DNA of 54,100 nucleotides, filler included, from Sphacelaria rigidula (GCA_964200075.2; 5 parts of 5 records of this genome joined end to end with filler, not necessarily neighbours in it), one strand, 5' to 3'; shown: positions 34,836 through 48,949, numbered from the whole stretch's first letter. Numbers and translations are program-made. Notes: a model not told the origin generated them from the sequence alone.

Positions 34836-36788
34836 TATAGTAGTACCATAAAAACAGTACAGTAAGTAAATGAACGTACCGCAGTACATGACAGTGTTTG
34901 TATGGGATTTTGTGAAGAAACTGGCGCAATTGACAATCTTCAGATCGTCCAAGTTTACCACGACGGATGCCTGTAGATCATCGCCTCCTGCGTTTGACGC
35001 ACCACCAATTGACGTAGTTTTTTTTCACATAAAATCTATACATTATGGGCAAAACACTGTGTTCATGCTGCAGACCCAGTTCACCCAGCGTGGCCGCCAC
35101 ACATCGGTATGCCATCGTGCCCGCAGCGCACGGATGCACAGCAACGCTTTTCATACCAGTCAACGCGGTAATTTATCACCTAAACGTCACCTTTCCAGCC
35201 AGAAATCAGCGCCGGCGCTCCCGCCTTGAACACAGCATTCCAGCGGTGTCGCGTGTCGGACCGGCACGCCTTCGTGAGGGGCTCCCCGCTCGTGTGAACC
35301 AAGTCTACTTTGCGTCGTGTTCCACCCCATATGTTATACTATAATTCTTGTATGCGGGCATCTTGGCGTTTTTTTGTTTTTTCGTGACACTGACATAATA
35401 TATCTCATACGCACATACAAATGTGCCTGTCGCGTCTATACAGGCGTGCATCGTGAGGCCGGAGGGGTCGCCGCGGTATTCTCGTCTTCCAGCTTACGAA
35501 GAAGCCTCGTTTGAGCAATCCGGTGCCGAGGGGGAGCAGTTTTTCTCGACGTCAACTATTCGGGTCTGGTCCTCCTCTAGCGCCGGTTTCATTTGTGCGA
35601 TGGTCGGTGTCGTCTGCACCGTGGCCGGGTTTAAAGCGGGGAAACGCGCGGGAGCTCGGTACAAGTGTCTTTATCCGCTTGTACTCTTGTAGTCATAATT
35701 CACGAAAAAAATAACAGTATAATAGTAATACATTTACTTGTAAAGGACACAAGAACGTGACTGTTGTTACGTTTTTCGGGTGTTGAGATTTTTATTTTTA
35801 TTTTTGATTTGATCTATATATGTAGTGTCCCGTAGTCAGGCGGGGGGTCGTGATTGAAGACATTATGCTCGTTACAGGAGGCGCCTCCATGTACACACAC
35901 ACATATATACATATCCATATATGTATTTGTAGTAGTAACGAAAACTCGACGAGTATCAACGCGGTGCGAGAGTGTTGGTCATAATCCAATCCGCGGTACC
36001 AAATGATAGGCAGTTTCCAGGGGAGAGGGGTTCATCCCTCGAGACTGTCATACGAACTTGTCGCAAGGAAGGGAGGTTGAAAAAGCCTGACGAAACATGT
36101 ATAAGTAAATATATATACTGTACACATGTATGTATCGTATATCAAGTTGAAGATCACGATATGTTGTGTTTCCGTTTGTTCATACCGCTTTTTTTTAGTT
36201 CCAGCGATTTCTTCTCTGCTCGTTGGCTCGCTGTGTGATTTTTATTTTTTTTTGTGTTTGTGGTGTCGAACATTGCTCTTCTCTTTGCTTCATTGGTACA
36301 CGCAGCAAGGAAGGGGGAAAGGGGGTGATGACTCTGCGATTTTCCCCTTCTTCCGCGATTCATCTTTGTTGTTGCGTTTACTCTCGTGGCTCAAGTATTC
36401 TGTGGTTCTCTGTGGTTTTTTACTTCAGCTCTGTTGCACACCCCTGCACTGCATGCACAACGTTGTCCTGTCCGTCGCTCGCGTGACCAGGAGGTTGGTG
36501 TGCTCGAAGCCTTTTCTTGCTCTGCGGTGTGTTTCCGGGACGTTTTTGTGTATATTCACTCGCTCGTGTCGTTTTCCACTCTGAACGCAGCACGAGTACA
36601 GTAAGAGTTTGTTGTACGATGTCTCGGTTTGTTTCCCGATGGGGTATTTATTTTATTGTTCGTTCTTGTTTTTTTGCAGAAGGTGCTCGGTTCTTGGTTC
36701 GGTTCCCCCACCCCCATTCGCGCTCTTTTTGTATGCCATTGCGTATGCGTATGCACGCATACGTATGCACCCCTTGATCCCCCCAAAG

Positions 36789-36850
36789 ATATGCGTGGTC
36801 AACGGTCAAACGGCTAAGGTAAGGGACAAATGAGTACGCCCCCCTCCCCC
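36789..36850 (+). mobile_element. Short C-tailed module copy
   Basis: atgcgtggtcaacggtcaaacggctaaggtaagggacaaatgagtacgccccc is the reverse-complement homologue of 37185-37274. Confidence 0.7.
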
Positions 36851-37184
36851 ACCCTTCCTTCCGGCCATATATGCGTCCAATTGTTCGGAACCCTTGAGCA
36901 ATGGAGGCCACAGGTATATCCTAGGTGGCCAGCGAGGAAGATGTAAACGCCCATGTGGGTTGAACACTTTGCATTGGTGTGGATTGAGGATCTCAGAAAA
37001 TGCGGTATGCTGAATATCAGGGGTGGTGCCCGCACACACGGGAATTTCTCGACTCAAGCGTCGGGCGGTTTGGCCTCGAAATTCAGCGTGCGATAACGTT
37101 CCGAAAAGAGCTCTGGTGCCCAAGGGGTTAGTTGTGTCGACATGGACGTATCAAGTGTTTCCTTCTTTTTTGTTTCTCAGGAAC

Positions 37185-37274
37185 GGGGGGAGGGGGGGAG
37201 GGGGGGCGGCGTACTCATTAGTTGCTTGCCTTAGTCGTTTGACCATTGACCACGCATCCCTTTCGAGACGGAGC
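37185..37274 (-). mobile_element. Short C-tailed module copy
   Basis: G-run followed by gcgtactcattagttgcttgccttagtcgtttgaccattgaccacgcatccctttcgagacggagc. Confidence 0.75.
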
Positions 37275-37816
37275 TGGGGAAGTGTTATTTTTTCTTGTGT
37301 CGCTGGGGGATATGTAGATGTATATACATACATACGTACTTTTATCCTCCTTCATTTTTTGCTCTTGTGCACACAGGGTTTCCTTGTTTGTACACACGAC
37401 TTGTTGCCTCGCATTTATTTTACTGGATAATGGCCACCCGCCAGGGGACCTGCTGTACATTCGCCCGGGACCAAGGCCTGCAAGTCGGAGAAGGGCGAAA
37501 GGTCCTCTGTGGACACCTCCCGATGCTCTCTCCACTGTTTGTAACGTTCATTTTGTCATCACGACTGGGTTTGTAGCGGACCGGACGGGTTCATCACGTG
37601 CGATAACCAATTAAAGAATCGATGTGGGAGGCTTCCGGAACAGGACTACTTCAGTAGTACAATGTGCTCACAACGCGCGTGAGGTGGGAATGCCACCAAT
37701 GTCGGCAATGAAAACGAGCGATGAAGTCGGTCCCCTACGGGTGCCTGCGGCCGATTCACCCATGTATATATGGGACAATCTTCTAGCGAGTACTCACTAT
37801 TCGTCGAGTTCTTGTG

Positions 37817-37907
37817 TAGTGGTGGTGGTGGTCGTGATTATTGTTGTTGTTGTTGTTGTTGGTGGTGGTGTTGTTGTTGTTGTTGTTGTTGTTATCGTTG
37901 TTGTTGT
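37817..37907. repeat. (GTT/GGT)n microsatellite
   Basis: Seen directly in the sequence. Confidence 0.9.
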
Positions 37908-38728
37908 CTTACCGTTATCGTTGGAAACTGGCGGAACGCGTCTCCCGACTGCAAAGACGTCTCTCACGTTGGCGTGTTGCGTGTCCAAGTGACGTATAAC
38001 AAATATGTTTTTTTCAAGGGCCGTTTCGGGGAAATCATTACTTTTTCTCTGCATGATCGTCGACATTGCGGCAGACAACACCCCTCCGGCGTTGGTGAAA
38101 AATATACATCAGTTAGGAGCCCCAGGTGCCCAGTCGGCGATTATTGCTTTTCGTTGATTGTGTTTGTTTTTGTTTCTCATGTTATCATATATAGATAGAT
38201 ACGTTCACGATGTCCGGTGATTTGCTTTTCTCTTTCTTTTTCGACAGAATAACGTAACGAGCTCGGTTATTTCTGTAGTCGTACCGTAGCTGTTTCGTAC
38301 ATAGCTCCACTGAGCGGGTGCTTCCTGGATGCCGGTACCGTCAGCGCTTGATGGGGTATTCTACTCGACATGCGTACAGAAGACCCATGGTCGTCGGTTT
38401 GCGTATGAATCGTTGTTGTCACTTGAGTTTGACGCAGCCGGTCGTTCTGATGTAATTACCGTAAGATAGCGCTGTCCAAAGGAGCTGTGCTCCTACAGCA
38501 GTAGCCCGGCGCTCTGCCCGCTTACACAAGACATGGAGACACATTGATGAAAAACACGCGGACCGCGATATTATTCCGAGTTGTTTACTTCGTGCGTGCT
38601 TGGCCCTGCACAAAGTATATGAAGTCATCATCAGTCATTTTTTATTTTATTTCCGAGGGTCATGCAAACATACTTTCAGAATCCTGAAAATGAGCGATGC
38701 ATGATCCTTTTTCCCTGTCTTATTCTGT

Positions 38729-39030
38729 GGGGAGTGCACTCATGATGCATGCCGTATTCACGTGACGACCATTGACCTCGCATCCCTACATAGCTGGGAC
38801 GGAGCACGTCGGGTTTTCGCCGGACCAGGCTCGTAACCAATCACCAAGCGCGAAACGCCGTCATGTATTCGGCAAGTCGCATGAGAGGTGAGCTGTATCC
38901 TGCAAAGATTGTTCCGCCCGAAGCGTACTGATAATCTAGAATATGGATGGCAGATTCAAATGTGCTGCTTCATTTTCTGATGTCGCTACCTCCAGAGACA
39001 GCCAGGAGTTACACTGCCTCATGGGTGTCT
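38729..39030 (-). mobile_element. Full-length copy of the ~300-bp C-tailed SINE-like element
   Basis: Colinear with 858-1159, including the identical end cactgcctcatgggtgtct. Confidence 0.8.
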
Positions 39031-40579
39031 CACGATTCAAGCACTGTGTAGTACGATCATCCCCCTTTGGGCGGAGTTGAGGTTCCTCACCCCGCACTAC
39101 ATGATCTAACTCGACCACCATCATGGTCACAACGATAAAAACTTAAGAGCACAAAAAGAGAGGTAACCTGGTTGCCTAGCTTTCGCAGTTAGTGGCGTGT
39201 TTTACAGAGTCGTTGCCAACCGACACCCAACTCTCAGAAGGAACAAATAACAGCGGATCCTGAAAAATGGGGTCCATCTCAAAAATGAGATTGAAGTGGC
39301 ATTTCTTTCTTGCAGGAATGACGCGAAACACTTACGGCCGAGCGAAGCCATCCCCCCCCCCCAAATGTCCGCAGGGGCTAAGCAGCTTTAACCAGGTCCC
39401 CCCCACGCAGGAGCTGTCNNNNNNNNNNGCGTGTCGATGACGATATCACCAGAGAGAAGCAACGACAGAGAGGAAGCTCCTCGCCCGTGTCCTTTGTGTG
39501 TCCCCGCTCGGCGATTACCAATTTCTCGAGAGACTGGCATCATCCGTGTTACTAGCATGTACCAAATTTTCCATGTGCCAGAACATCGAGATGCGGAGAG
39601 ATTCCCTCTCATCTTGCCTGTCGAGCTCACCGATTAGAACATCGATTTCTCTCTGCCTCTCTTTTTGGACAGGACGCGCTTCTGTGCGCTGAAAAACATG
39701 TTGAAAAATAGGGCAATGTTCCTGACACCGTTATTACTGATCTCTGTCACACACATGCTAGTAGGGGCGATGGTGCGGCGACAACAACAAATGTATCCAA
39801 TTTGAACTTAGAGGGGTGTTATTCATCGTTGATTTTACCCGACATGTATGTGAGCGACCCTCTGGGTGCCCAACGACAATAGCATGCGAGATGCCAGTTG
39901 GGCGGGGGGGGGGGGGGGATGAGAAAACAAAAACTTGTGGGGACCCTTTTCACCTGCGGGGGGGAAAAAAAAAACCATGGGAGGGGTTCAACTGTTGCGA
40001 GCGTGGTGCAGAGGGGTGCATCCATGCTGCAATCTGGAGCACGCGCTGGCCGCGTGAACCCCTCGGTACAGTAGCTTTCAAGAAATAATTCCGATGTGAC
40101 GAGGTCACGCATTACAACCTGGGGCGAGATATGAACCCACGAAGAACAAGGGTGCTCTATGATCAACCACTGGTCGTTGCATTTGACACCCACGCTATCA
40201 ACCGCCGACCACAAAGGTCTTGTGGCTTTCAAGCAACGCTGGCGGTAGTACGGCAGGCAAACCCGATCATAGCTTGCTTTCGTCGCTCTACAGGACTGGC
40301 TGGCGTCTGCACAGAGGTCGCCCGGCGAAGGAACATGTACCAAATTTCGCAACCTCTACAAAAACGAAACAGTTCGTTTTCCCCAACTACGTATGTTAGA
40401 AATGGCTCTTGTGGTCTGAAGGAAAGTGGCCGCATTGGGTCCGTCCACACGTGCGAAGATACTGTAAAACAGCAATACCAAACTTTCCTGACATGCGGAT
40501 ACCGCTATCAGTACAGAACGAAACAGAAATTGACAGTTAAAGTTTTTATTAGAAAGCGACTGGCATTATACCGTTTGTA

Positions 40580-41069
40580 GGTTGGAAAACGCGGAATTTC
40601 ATAGAGGACAACCTACTTGTTTTCCCGTGAGTGTTAACTGCGATGGCAAAATCTCTGTCGTCCTTCTTTTATACCTGGCGGGAGGACAGGGAAGCCACAG
40701 TTCCTCAGACCACGGAGTCTTTTTAATCATGTTCACGTTGTCAGGGGATTCACTCGGAACCCCTTTGTCGTGGTCGCTAGAGTTGGCGCAATGGCGGTTA
40801 AGCCAAGCAAGCAGACAGGCTGCTTCGGATTGTAGACAGAAGATAGTGTTCAAGGTGCTGCTTGTGGGCAAGACAACACAAACAACCCACCGGGGTATAC
40901 GGTCAAGCGAGAAGAGTGCTTCATGTATAACAGCTGCTATCCCACATTATACGCCCCTACATCAGACCAAACCTTCGTGACCGGTACCTGCGATCCCAAC
41001 ACTACATATATAAAGTCTATACCATACGCAGTGTTGAAGAGCACGGCTCCACAGCCTCATTTCCTAACA
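40580..41069 (-). repeat. 3' LTR of the Copia element (~490 bp)
   Basis: Minus strand: PPT ttgagggggcg, then TGTTAGGAAA ... TTTCCAAC(C). The terminal CA is mutated, so the left boundary is less certain. Confidence 0.7.
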
Positions 41070-41220
41070 CGCCCCCTCAACGCAAGTGTAACTCTAAACC
41101 CTTCTCACTCCCCTTAATGCGAATGCGTACTAGTTTCAAACACCCACATCAGTACAACCGTCCCAGCACCCAAGGACGAAATAAGAACTCAAAGCTACAA
41201 CCAGGCTATATTCATATTTT

Positions 41221-42772
41221 TCATGTGCTGATCAGCTTGACGAGATGGCGGTGTCTGTGTTTGCTCAGGTACTTGGTCCTTATGTCTGCGAGTTGGTCTT
41301 CGGTCTTGACGTAACGAATGTCGATCCTTCCCTCGTTGACTAATTCCTGAATGAAGAAGTACCGTAGAGCTACGTGCTTGACTCTCGAGCTGTAAGTTCG
41401 GATGCCTGCGAGGTGGAGAGTTGAAGTGTTGTCGACGTAGACAGGAACGGAGTCGAAGCGTGTGCCAAATCCCATCTCCCGCATCATATTCGAGCAAAAT
41501 GCGCCTTCCTTCATGGTGAGTGCAGCGGCCACGAGTTCTGCTTCCATCGTCGATCGCACGGTGAGTCCTTGTAGTCCTACCTTAAAACTGATGGGGCCAT
41601 TCGAGAGAAAGATAAGATATGATGATGTGGACTTCCCGTTGTCTGGGTTGTTACCCCAGTTCGCATCTGAGAACGCCGTCAATTGGAAACCGCCCTGGTT
41701 GTAGATTATGATATGATCTGTAGTGCCGGCCAAATATCGAACTAAGTGCTTTGCAGCTGCCATATGCGTCTTCGACGGATTGGACATCGTCCGCGCCAGC
41801 TGATTCACGGCGTATCCAATGTCGTAGCGTGTCACGTGAGCGAGATGCATCACACTGCCCATAATGGCCTGGAAACGCTTTTTGTCCTCCTCGTTCAAAG
41901 CTTTCTCCCTCGGCTGGTCCAGTGACAGTTTTTGTCCCACACCAGGAGTGCATGCTGGGTTGCAACTCGCCATCCCGTATCGTTCTAGGAGGGACTTGGC
42001 GTAACTTTTCTGGCTGATGGCGACTGTCTTCCTAACGCGATCACGAACAACCTCCATTTCCAGCACTAACGATACATCTCCCATGTCCGTCATCGAGAAA
42101 TGTCCCATCAGTTTATGCTTGATCCTTCCCAGCACTTTGACATATATCCCAAGCACTAGAACGTCATCGACTTATAAAGTCAAAATGTAGACGTCGCCGC
42201 TCTCTTGGTATATGCACACGCAAGGGTCCGACTTAAGGCTCTTGAATTCCAATCTCCGCCAGGTGTGTGTCGACCGTTTCCCACCAGCAATTTGGACTTT
42301 GACGGAGGCCATCGAGACTTTTGTGAAGTCGCATTACCACCGGAGTTCCATTGGCGTCAAACTCTTCGTATCCTGGAGACATTTTGACGCAAACTTCTTC
42401 CTTGAGTTCGGCGTTCAGAAAGACGGTATAATAGTCCAAGTCATACTCCACCGCTACAGCTAATACCACGCGGATGCTTTGGATCCTGCAGACCAGTGCG
42501 AACGTGCTGCCACAGTCGACGCCAGGGACTTGTCCCCAACCCTGCACGACGACTCGGGCCTTGTGCGAGGAATCCACTTTCTTCTTGTACACCCATCGGG
42601 ACCCGATTAACCTGTGTCCAGTTGAGACGGAGCTTGACGGCACTAGAGTATACACGTTGTTCCTTCTTGGGCTATCCACCTCCTTATCTGATGTCGCCTT
42701 CCATTGTTCCTTTTCGGGGAGACTCATGGCCTCATGAAACCTGTTTGGGATTCTTTCGGTTTTGTCCCCCAC
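41221..42772 (-). pseudogene. Ty1/Copia RT and RNase H, decayed
   Basis: RWVYKKK, HKARVVVQG, GLRQSP. YVDD is mutated to *VDD (TAA at 42172-42174). RNase H motifs FSDANW, STMEAE, YVDN, DQLADI. Confidence 0.93.
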
Positions 42773-43013
42773 TGGGGTTGGCGTGTCGGGTCACAATGGG
42801 GACGTAGAGAGGGAGCGACTGTTCCGCGTGTCATTTCCGAACGAGCCAAATTTTGTTCTGACGCCCGAGATCCGTCGCCACCCCCCGAAATCATTTTCTC
42901 CCAGCCACCCAGTATCCGTCTGCGGAGCGCCTTTGAAACATTCGGTGAGTGTCATATTTCGGACAAATAAAGGTAGCTCACAGAGACGAATTCTGTACAG
43001 CGCCGTTGTTTAA

Positions 43014-43111
43014 CCCTTAGACCGCGAGGTTAGTCTTCTGTTGAATCGGCATCAATTTCAAGCGAAAAAAAGGATGCCTAATCCAGAAAGACTAATCTCG
43101 CGGTCTAAAGG
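43014..43111. mobile_element. piggyBac-like mini-MITE (98 bp) with exact TTAA TSD
   Basis: TTAA (43010-43013) cccttagaccgcgaggttagtcttctg ... cagaaagactaatctcgcggtctaaagg TTAA (43112-43115). Confidence 0.9.
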
Positions 43112-43261
43112 TTAAGCGTTACTTTGTTGATTGACGGTATTCTTTCGTGTTGGCTCGCCGCCGGTAGTACAATGAGCACGAAATGCAAGAGGTCTGTGAG
43201 ACTGCAGACTACGGGACGGTCTTTGATACACCGGCCAGTCACCACTTCATCGATAAGCGAT

Positions 43262-43361
43262 NNNNNNNNNNNNNNNNNNNNNNNNNNNNNNNNNNNNNNN
43301 NNNNNTTAATTAATTAANNNNNNNNNNNNNNNNNNNNNNNNNNNNNNNNNNNNNNNNNNNN
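43262..43361. other. Artificial contig linker
   Basis: N44-TTAATTAATTAA-N44. Confidence 0.98.
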
Positions 43362-43743
43362 CAACCTTAGCAAGTTGTTCAAGAGCTCCGTGATCTGTAT
43401 AGATGTGGAAAGGCACGTGGAACAAGTACTGTCGAAGCCTTTTTATCGCCCAAGTTATGACTCCGCCTTCGAGTTCGAGTGGACTCCAGTTTGCCTCTTC
43501 CGGGAGGGTTGCGCGGCTGATGTACAAAATACGTCGGACAGAGCCATCCAGTTGAGGCTGATTCAAAACGGCGCCAAACCCATCTGTGCTAGCATCGGTG
43601 TGTAGTTGGAAAAGACGTGAGCCGTCTTGTACCGCATCCCAATCCGGAAAACAAAGAACCGGTTTTTCGGTCAGTGTATTGAGCATTTCGCGGATGGTGG
43701 CTTCCATGTCTTTAGTGAAGACAAACGGGACGTGTTTCTTCAA
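43362..43743 (-). pseudogene. Gypsy RNase H
   Basis: LHTDASTDGFGAVL, NWSPLELE, FHIYTDH. Confidence 0.92.
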
Positions 43744-43773
43744 TAAATCTGTGATGGGCCGGATCCGCTTGGA

Positions 43774-44703
43774 CTAATTGGGCAAAAAATTGCGGTAATA
43801 AGAAAGTCCGCCCAACAGCGAGCGAAGCTGCGAAATATTGGTGGGCATGGGGATATCAGTCATAGCCTTGACTTTGCTCGTGTCTTGGTACAATCCAGCA
43901 GGAGAAATAGAGTGTCCTAAAAAATCCAATTCAGTGGCTCCGAGTCGAGCTTTGGATGGAGACAATTTTAAGTCGTGTGTACGCAAGCGGAAGAGGAATT
44001 CCCATAGAAAGCGAACATGCGCCTTGAGGGAGACATCAAAAGCGATAGCATCGTCTAGATACATGAGAACATGTTCGAGACCGTCAGTAACGCGTTGCAT
44101 GAGGCGTTGAAAGCACCCAGGTGTGGTGGCAGCGCCTTGTGGCATACGAAGCCATTCAAAAAGCCCCGAAGATGTACAGAACGCTGTCAAGGGAACTATA
44201 TCGGGGTGAATTCCATTTTGGAAAAATCCAGAAGCGAGATCGAAAGTGCTGAATATTTTTCCTTCGCCGAGAGAGTCGAAGACTTCGTCGATGCGAGGTA
44301 TGGGGAGTTTTCCCACGAAAGTGACGCGGTTCAGCCGTTTGTAGTTCACGGTGATGCGTATGTTGCCATCTTTTTTGGGGACAACCACGAGGGGTGAGGC
44401 CCATGGCGAAGACGAGTGTTGAATCAGACCAGCTCCTGAGTATGCATCCAATATAGCATTGACCGTTTTGGTGAGGAAGGGATTCGTTCGATATGGTCGA
44501 GATGAGATTGGCGAAACGCCAGATTGCAGAGCGATTTCGAATGACAATGCTTTACAATGCCCGAGATCCGTTTTGGATCGTGAAAATCTGTCCTGATATT
44601 CCAGGAGAACATCTTGTAGCTCTTGGATGACGGCGGGCTCCCAGCCCGGACCATGTAGGTCAAAATGGATATCACGCAAATGGGGTGGAAGTTGGTTCCA
44701 CAT
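43774..44703 (-). pseudogene. Gypsy reverse transcriptase
   Basis: SPWASPLVVVPKKDG, PIPRIDE, FSTFDLASGFFQ, RMPQG, MYLDD, FLGH. In-frame stop at 43774-43776 before the RNase H. Confidence 0.95.
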
Positions 44704-46157
44704 TTGCAGGAAATGTTCCCGAGACTCGACCGATAAGCGTTGAAGTACTTCATCAGGAGTTTAGCAGGGGGTCGTTCGGATTCCACCGCAGAAGTCCGAG
44801 TCGGGGGTGAGGCAGATAGATTGAAGTATGTCTCATCGACGCAGCGGACAAAACCATCAGTCGGCGGCGTGAGATCAGGCGCCGGAGGGTCGGCTACACA
44901 GGTCTCAAGAGGAATGTGCATAAGAGGAGCCGCGGCGATGCCCAAGGCATCGCCAGGTTGCAAATTAGCATGGCCTGTGAGAGGCAGGAGTTGTTCGCCG
45001 TCCGAAACAAAATGCTCAGTGCCAGCGGGCGCGCCAACTTTAGGCAGCAGTTCCGTAAGGTAGTGGCCGGTAAGAGCGGGCATACTGTTGCGGCGAACAA
45101 GCGAAACTTTTAAGAGTTGAGGCTCATCGGAAAGGGTGATACCAGAACTGCCATTGTACCGAAGGTGATAAGCCGCTCCGGTAGTCTGCTCATTCTTTTT
45201 GTCGGCTAAGGCGCCATGGAGGGTACCAAAGTGTTCTAGTTGAGGTTCTCCACGAGGCGCCGACGGAGGCGATAATGGTGGGAGGGTGCGGTACATACGT
45301 TGGTCGAACCGCATGTGGCTATCTTTGCTAAGAAGGAGAGCATGATGCATGGTGCTATCAGGGACGATGTAAGCCCAGACTGCGAAACTAGCCGAACGTG
45401 TATCATTGTGGAAAAATTGTACACTAAGACGAACAGATTTTCGTGTCGTCAAGGGTGTTTTGGAGTCGCCGAAACCGCCCCAAACGCGAGGTTGGGTGAT
45501 GATTTCGCAGACATCGGAAGCAGCGCTAGTCTGCTTCATGTGATTCCACATGGATTCGTTGATGAATGTACATGGACTCTCGCTGTCTAACAAAGAGACA
45601 CACTTGGCGCGCGCGGTGGCGTAAGGACCGCAGTGTAGTGCGACGCGGGTAGTGAAGGTGGCAGGATCAACGGACACCTTACCACCAACAAGGTCAGGGT
45701 CATGTTCAGATAAGGTGAAATGGTCAGAATTAGTCGGACTGACCGTGAGGACGGATGGCGGGTGATCCGCGGGGGGGTCGGAGGTATCGGTAGACAGCGC
45801 GGGGGTCTGATCCGATCGTGAAGGGCAGCGTGAATCAGGATTTTGATCAATCTTGTAGATGACTGGCTTGGAAGTACAAGGGTCATCATTGAATAGAGAT
45901 TGCTGCGAAGTGCTACGGGGGTCATCGGTGGAGGATACGGTACCGTCTGAAAGGTCCGATTTGGATTCCTCTCGGATGCCTGGCAATGTCATCGAGTACG
46001 AAAGTCGCCGCTTTGTGGGGAAAATGAGGTCGGAATTTTCCGCTGACGGGACGGGGGCGTGTGAATGCTCGCGCTTCCTTGGGGGCATGACGACGAGGCT
46101 TCCTCTCGTGCCGTGACAAATGACTGGGGACTTCCAAGACTTCTTGGGAAACTGCAA
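44704..46157 (-). pseudogene. Gypsy aspartic protease region
   Basis: SLLDSESPCTFI (DSG motif decayed) and ALLLSKD (LLGRD-like). Frameshifted relative to the RT. Confidence 0.75.
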
Positions 46158-46799
46158 CTGCGTCCAGTTGAGGTGATGTTGTCAGCATCGGGGCATGCTC
46201 GGCCGAAACTTGTGGATTGTCTGCTGGCAAGCTCGGTACAAAGGGCACTGCTAAATGTGAAAGGGGACGAGTCTTGTCCGGTTTATGTCGGGGCAGTTTC
46301 GCGGCAGAAGAGTCGCGCGAAAAACGACTACGATCAGGCTGGGTAGGAGTCGAAGGGTTTTAAGTGGTCAGTTTCGAACCATCAACATCAGAACCAGCTC
46401 AAGGAAGTCTGCTACAACCGGGGCGTGCGGTCGTTCGGGGAAGCCTGTGCCTCAAGGGTCCGCGGTCGGTCTTCCCACACCTCAGATTTATACTTATCTC
46501 CGGAGGACCAATTCTGGAGCCAAGCATAGAGCTGGGTTGTGAGTCAACACAACGGCTACGCTGCGTTTGTGAAAATAAAGACGGGGGTCGAGAAGAACGG
46601 CCGTCATCAGATCTCCTACATAGTGTTGGGTGAGAACGTTTCGTCACCCGAGTGTGTGTTGGATGAGTCTTCGAAGTTGCTATCGGCGGCGCCGAAGACT
46701 TCACGCCGTCGTCGGCGTGTCATGGATCGTTGCGATCCGTCATGAAAGAGCCAGGGTTTCTGGCATTGGGGTTGGAGTTGTCTTGAGTCGGCCCCGTTC

Positions 46800-48478
46800 A
46801 CTGGTGATGACCATGCGAAGACTGAGAAGGGCGAAAATAACTATCTCTATGATGACTACCTGAGACGGTGTTGGTGGTGTGGCGGCGGTCGCGATATGAG
46901 CGAGAGTCGCTATGATTGTGGTAAGACTGGCGATGGTGGCGAGAAGGTGGACACTACTCGCGCATGCATTTTTGCCATCGGCGCTACGCCTGCCTGTTGC
47001 TCTGAAGTTCAGGATTCATGAGCGAAACAATATTAATGCAAGGTTCAGGGCAGTCACGCATACTGTGGCCAGTACCATTGCAGTTGATGCATGTGTTAGC
47101 ATGGCGACGAAAAGCATTCTTGCGAGCCGAAGACGAAAGCAAGGGGGTCCACAAATGTGGGTCATCGGTTATGAAAGCGGTTGTGGAAACGACATAAACG
47201 TCATCAAACTTTTCTGCCGAATAAGGCCAAGCGTTGAAGCTTGCACGGAACGGGTCATTTTTCTACGAGTAGACATGACTGATCCATCGACGAGTTGGGT
47301 GTCCAAGTATTACTGGGCAACATCTGAGTGCGTCCACGAGACCCGGAAGTACTCGTGGATGCGGCACGCAGGGTCTGCGAAGACCCAGAAGAACACTGTG
47401 TGCCACGGATGGCACGCGTCAAATTACGTTCTTGATCTGCGAATGCAGTCCACATCGCGTCTACGGAGGCGTAAGGCACCTCTTTGTGCGATAAAGCGCC
47501 CGGAAACAAAGACGGCATCAGCGTCGGAAATTGCTGAGCGATACTCTTGCGAACATATGTCTGACACATAGCATCACTAGGGCCATTCTGTCGCTCGGTA
47601 CCAGTCACACTTGACACCAAAAGCTTGAATTCGCGGAGGTAGTCAGCAAAGGGCACGTCTGTTGCCACGGCGAAGGCACTGAGGCGCTTGATGGCGCCTG
47701 CCTGATCAGACTTATCAAAATAGCTTATGAAACGCCTTTCCAAATTGCTGAACAATAACGGCGCTGGATGCCCGCTAGCACAATCTTGATCCATGGCGGC
47801 GAAGAAGGAGTCGAGAATCTGCGTCAGAGAGGCAACAGCGTGAGGGGAGCGACGTCTGATTGAGCGGTGCAAAGCCTTATGCAGCGGTGTTTGCCATCCA
47901 TCAACCCGGTCAGAGTCTTCGAAACGTTGTTGATCAGTTGCATCGGCCAATTCAAGGATGTTGCGCATCGTTCGACGCATTGAGGAAATGAGAGCTGACG
48001 TAAACTGACCAGAGTCTTGATTGTCTGCAGCAGGCATGGTTTTGATATGCCAGAGCTTCTTTACATCCATCTGTAAGTACTCGCGCTTTATGGCAGCGAC
48101 ACGAGACGCTTCTCTATGGCTGCCTCTGGTTGTACGGCGACCGTTGTTTGTGTTGCGGTGGGCCCTGTGGCCACGGCGCGGTGCGGCGCCGGGTTGGTCG
48201 TCGTCAGAGTCGTCATCACCACGACGGTGGCGAGGGGGGTGAGGCGTGATCCAGGCCCCATCATCGTCCAGCGGCAGCGTGTTGTGAGCTGCCCGCATAA
48301 CAGCGAAGAGGGCGGCGACGGCGGTTTTGTAAGCGGGGCGACTGTCCCCGGTACGAATCGTTAGATAGAGCACGATGCGTTCGATGGTGAGAGGTCCCGG
48401 TCGGTGTGCGGGAGCTGTCCTCCTTGCTGAAGAAAGGGGACGATCACACTGTTGACGGGCAGAGTTAGTGAGCGCCAA
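46800..48478 (-). pseudogene. Gypsy gag with CCHC zinc knuckle
   Basis: Helical capsid-like ORF 47255-48478 (FADYLREFKLL). CINCNGTGHSMRDC (CX2CX4HX4C) at 47050-47091 in a shifted frame. Confidence 0.8.
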
Positions 48479-48949
48479 GCCCGCTCAGAGGCGCGGAGAA
48501 TGTTGTTACGGTTATACTTCCCTGAAACTTGGCGTAGCGTCCAAGGAAGCCAGTAGCGTTCGCTGCCCTGAAGGCGCAGCCCAGGTGTGAGGGCAGGGGG
48601 CGCCGAAGCCCGGGGGACCTGCGGTGGGGCAGGCGAGGTGCGCGTAGGCGAAGCCGTAGAAGCCGCGGCAGCAGCGCGTAGGCGCGAGGGCTGGCGTTCT
48701 TCCGGTGAGCCGGAAATGGCGGCAGAGGATGCAGGCGCGGGCTCGCTTGGCGTGGTCCTCAGAAGAAGGTGTTGCTCCTGTTCGAGGGAACGTAAAGCCG
48801 TGGTCGCAGTTTCTGTTGCGGTGGCGCATTGTGTTCATCACGTCGAATGGAGTCAGGTATCTGGTTGAACACAGCAATGCGTTCAGTGAGAGGGCGTTGA
48901 ACCGCCCGCTGATGGCTGGTTGCCGAATGGACCGCCTGGTGTTGGCGCG

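Noticed and set aside
35444-35692. Possible terminal exon with a C-terminal hydrophobic segment
   Set aside because: The acceptor is plausible, but there is no recognisable domain or consistent upstream exon chain.
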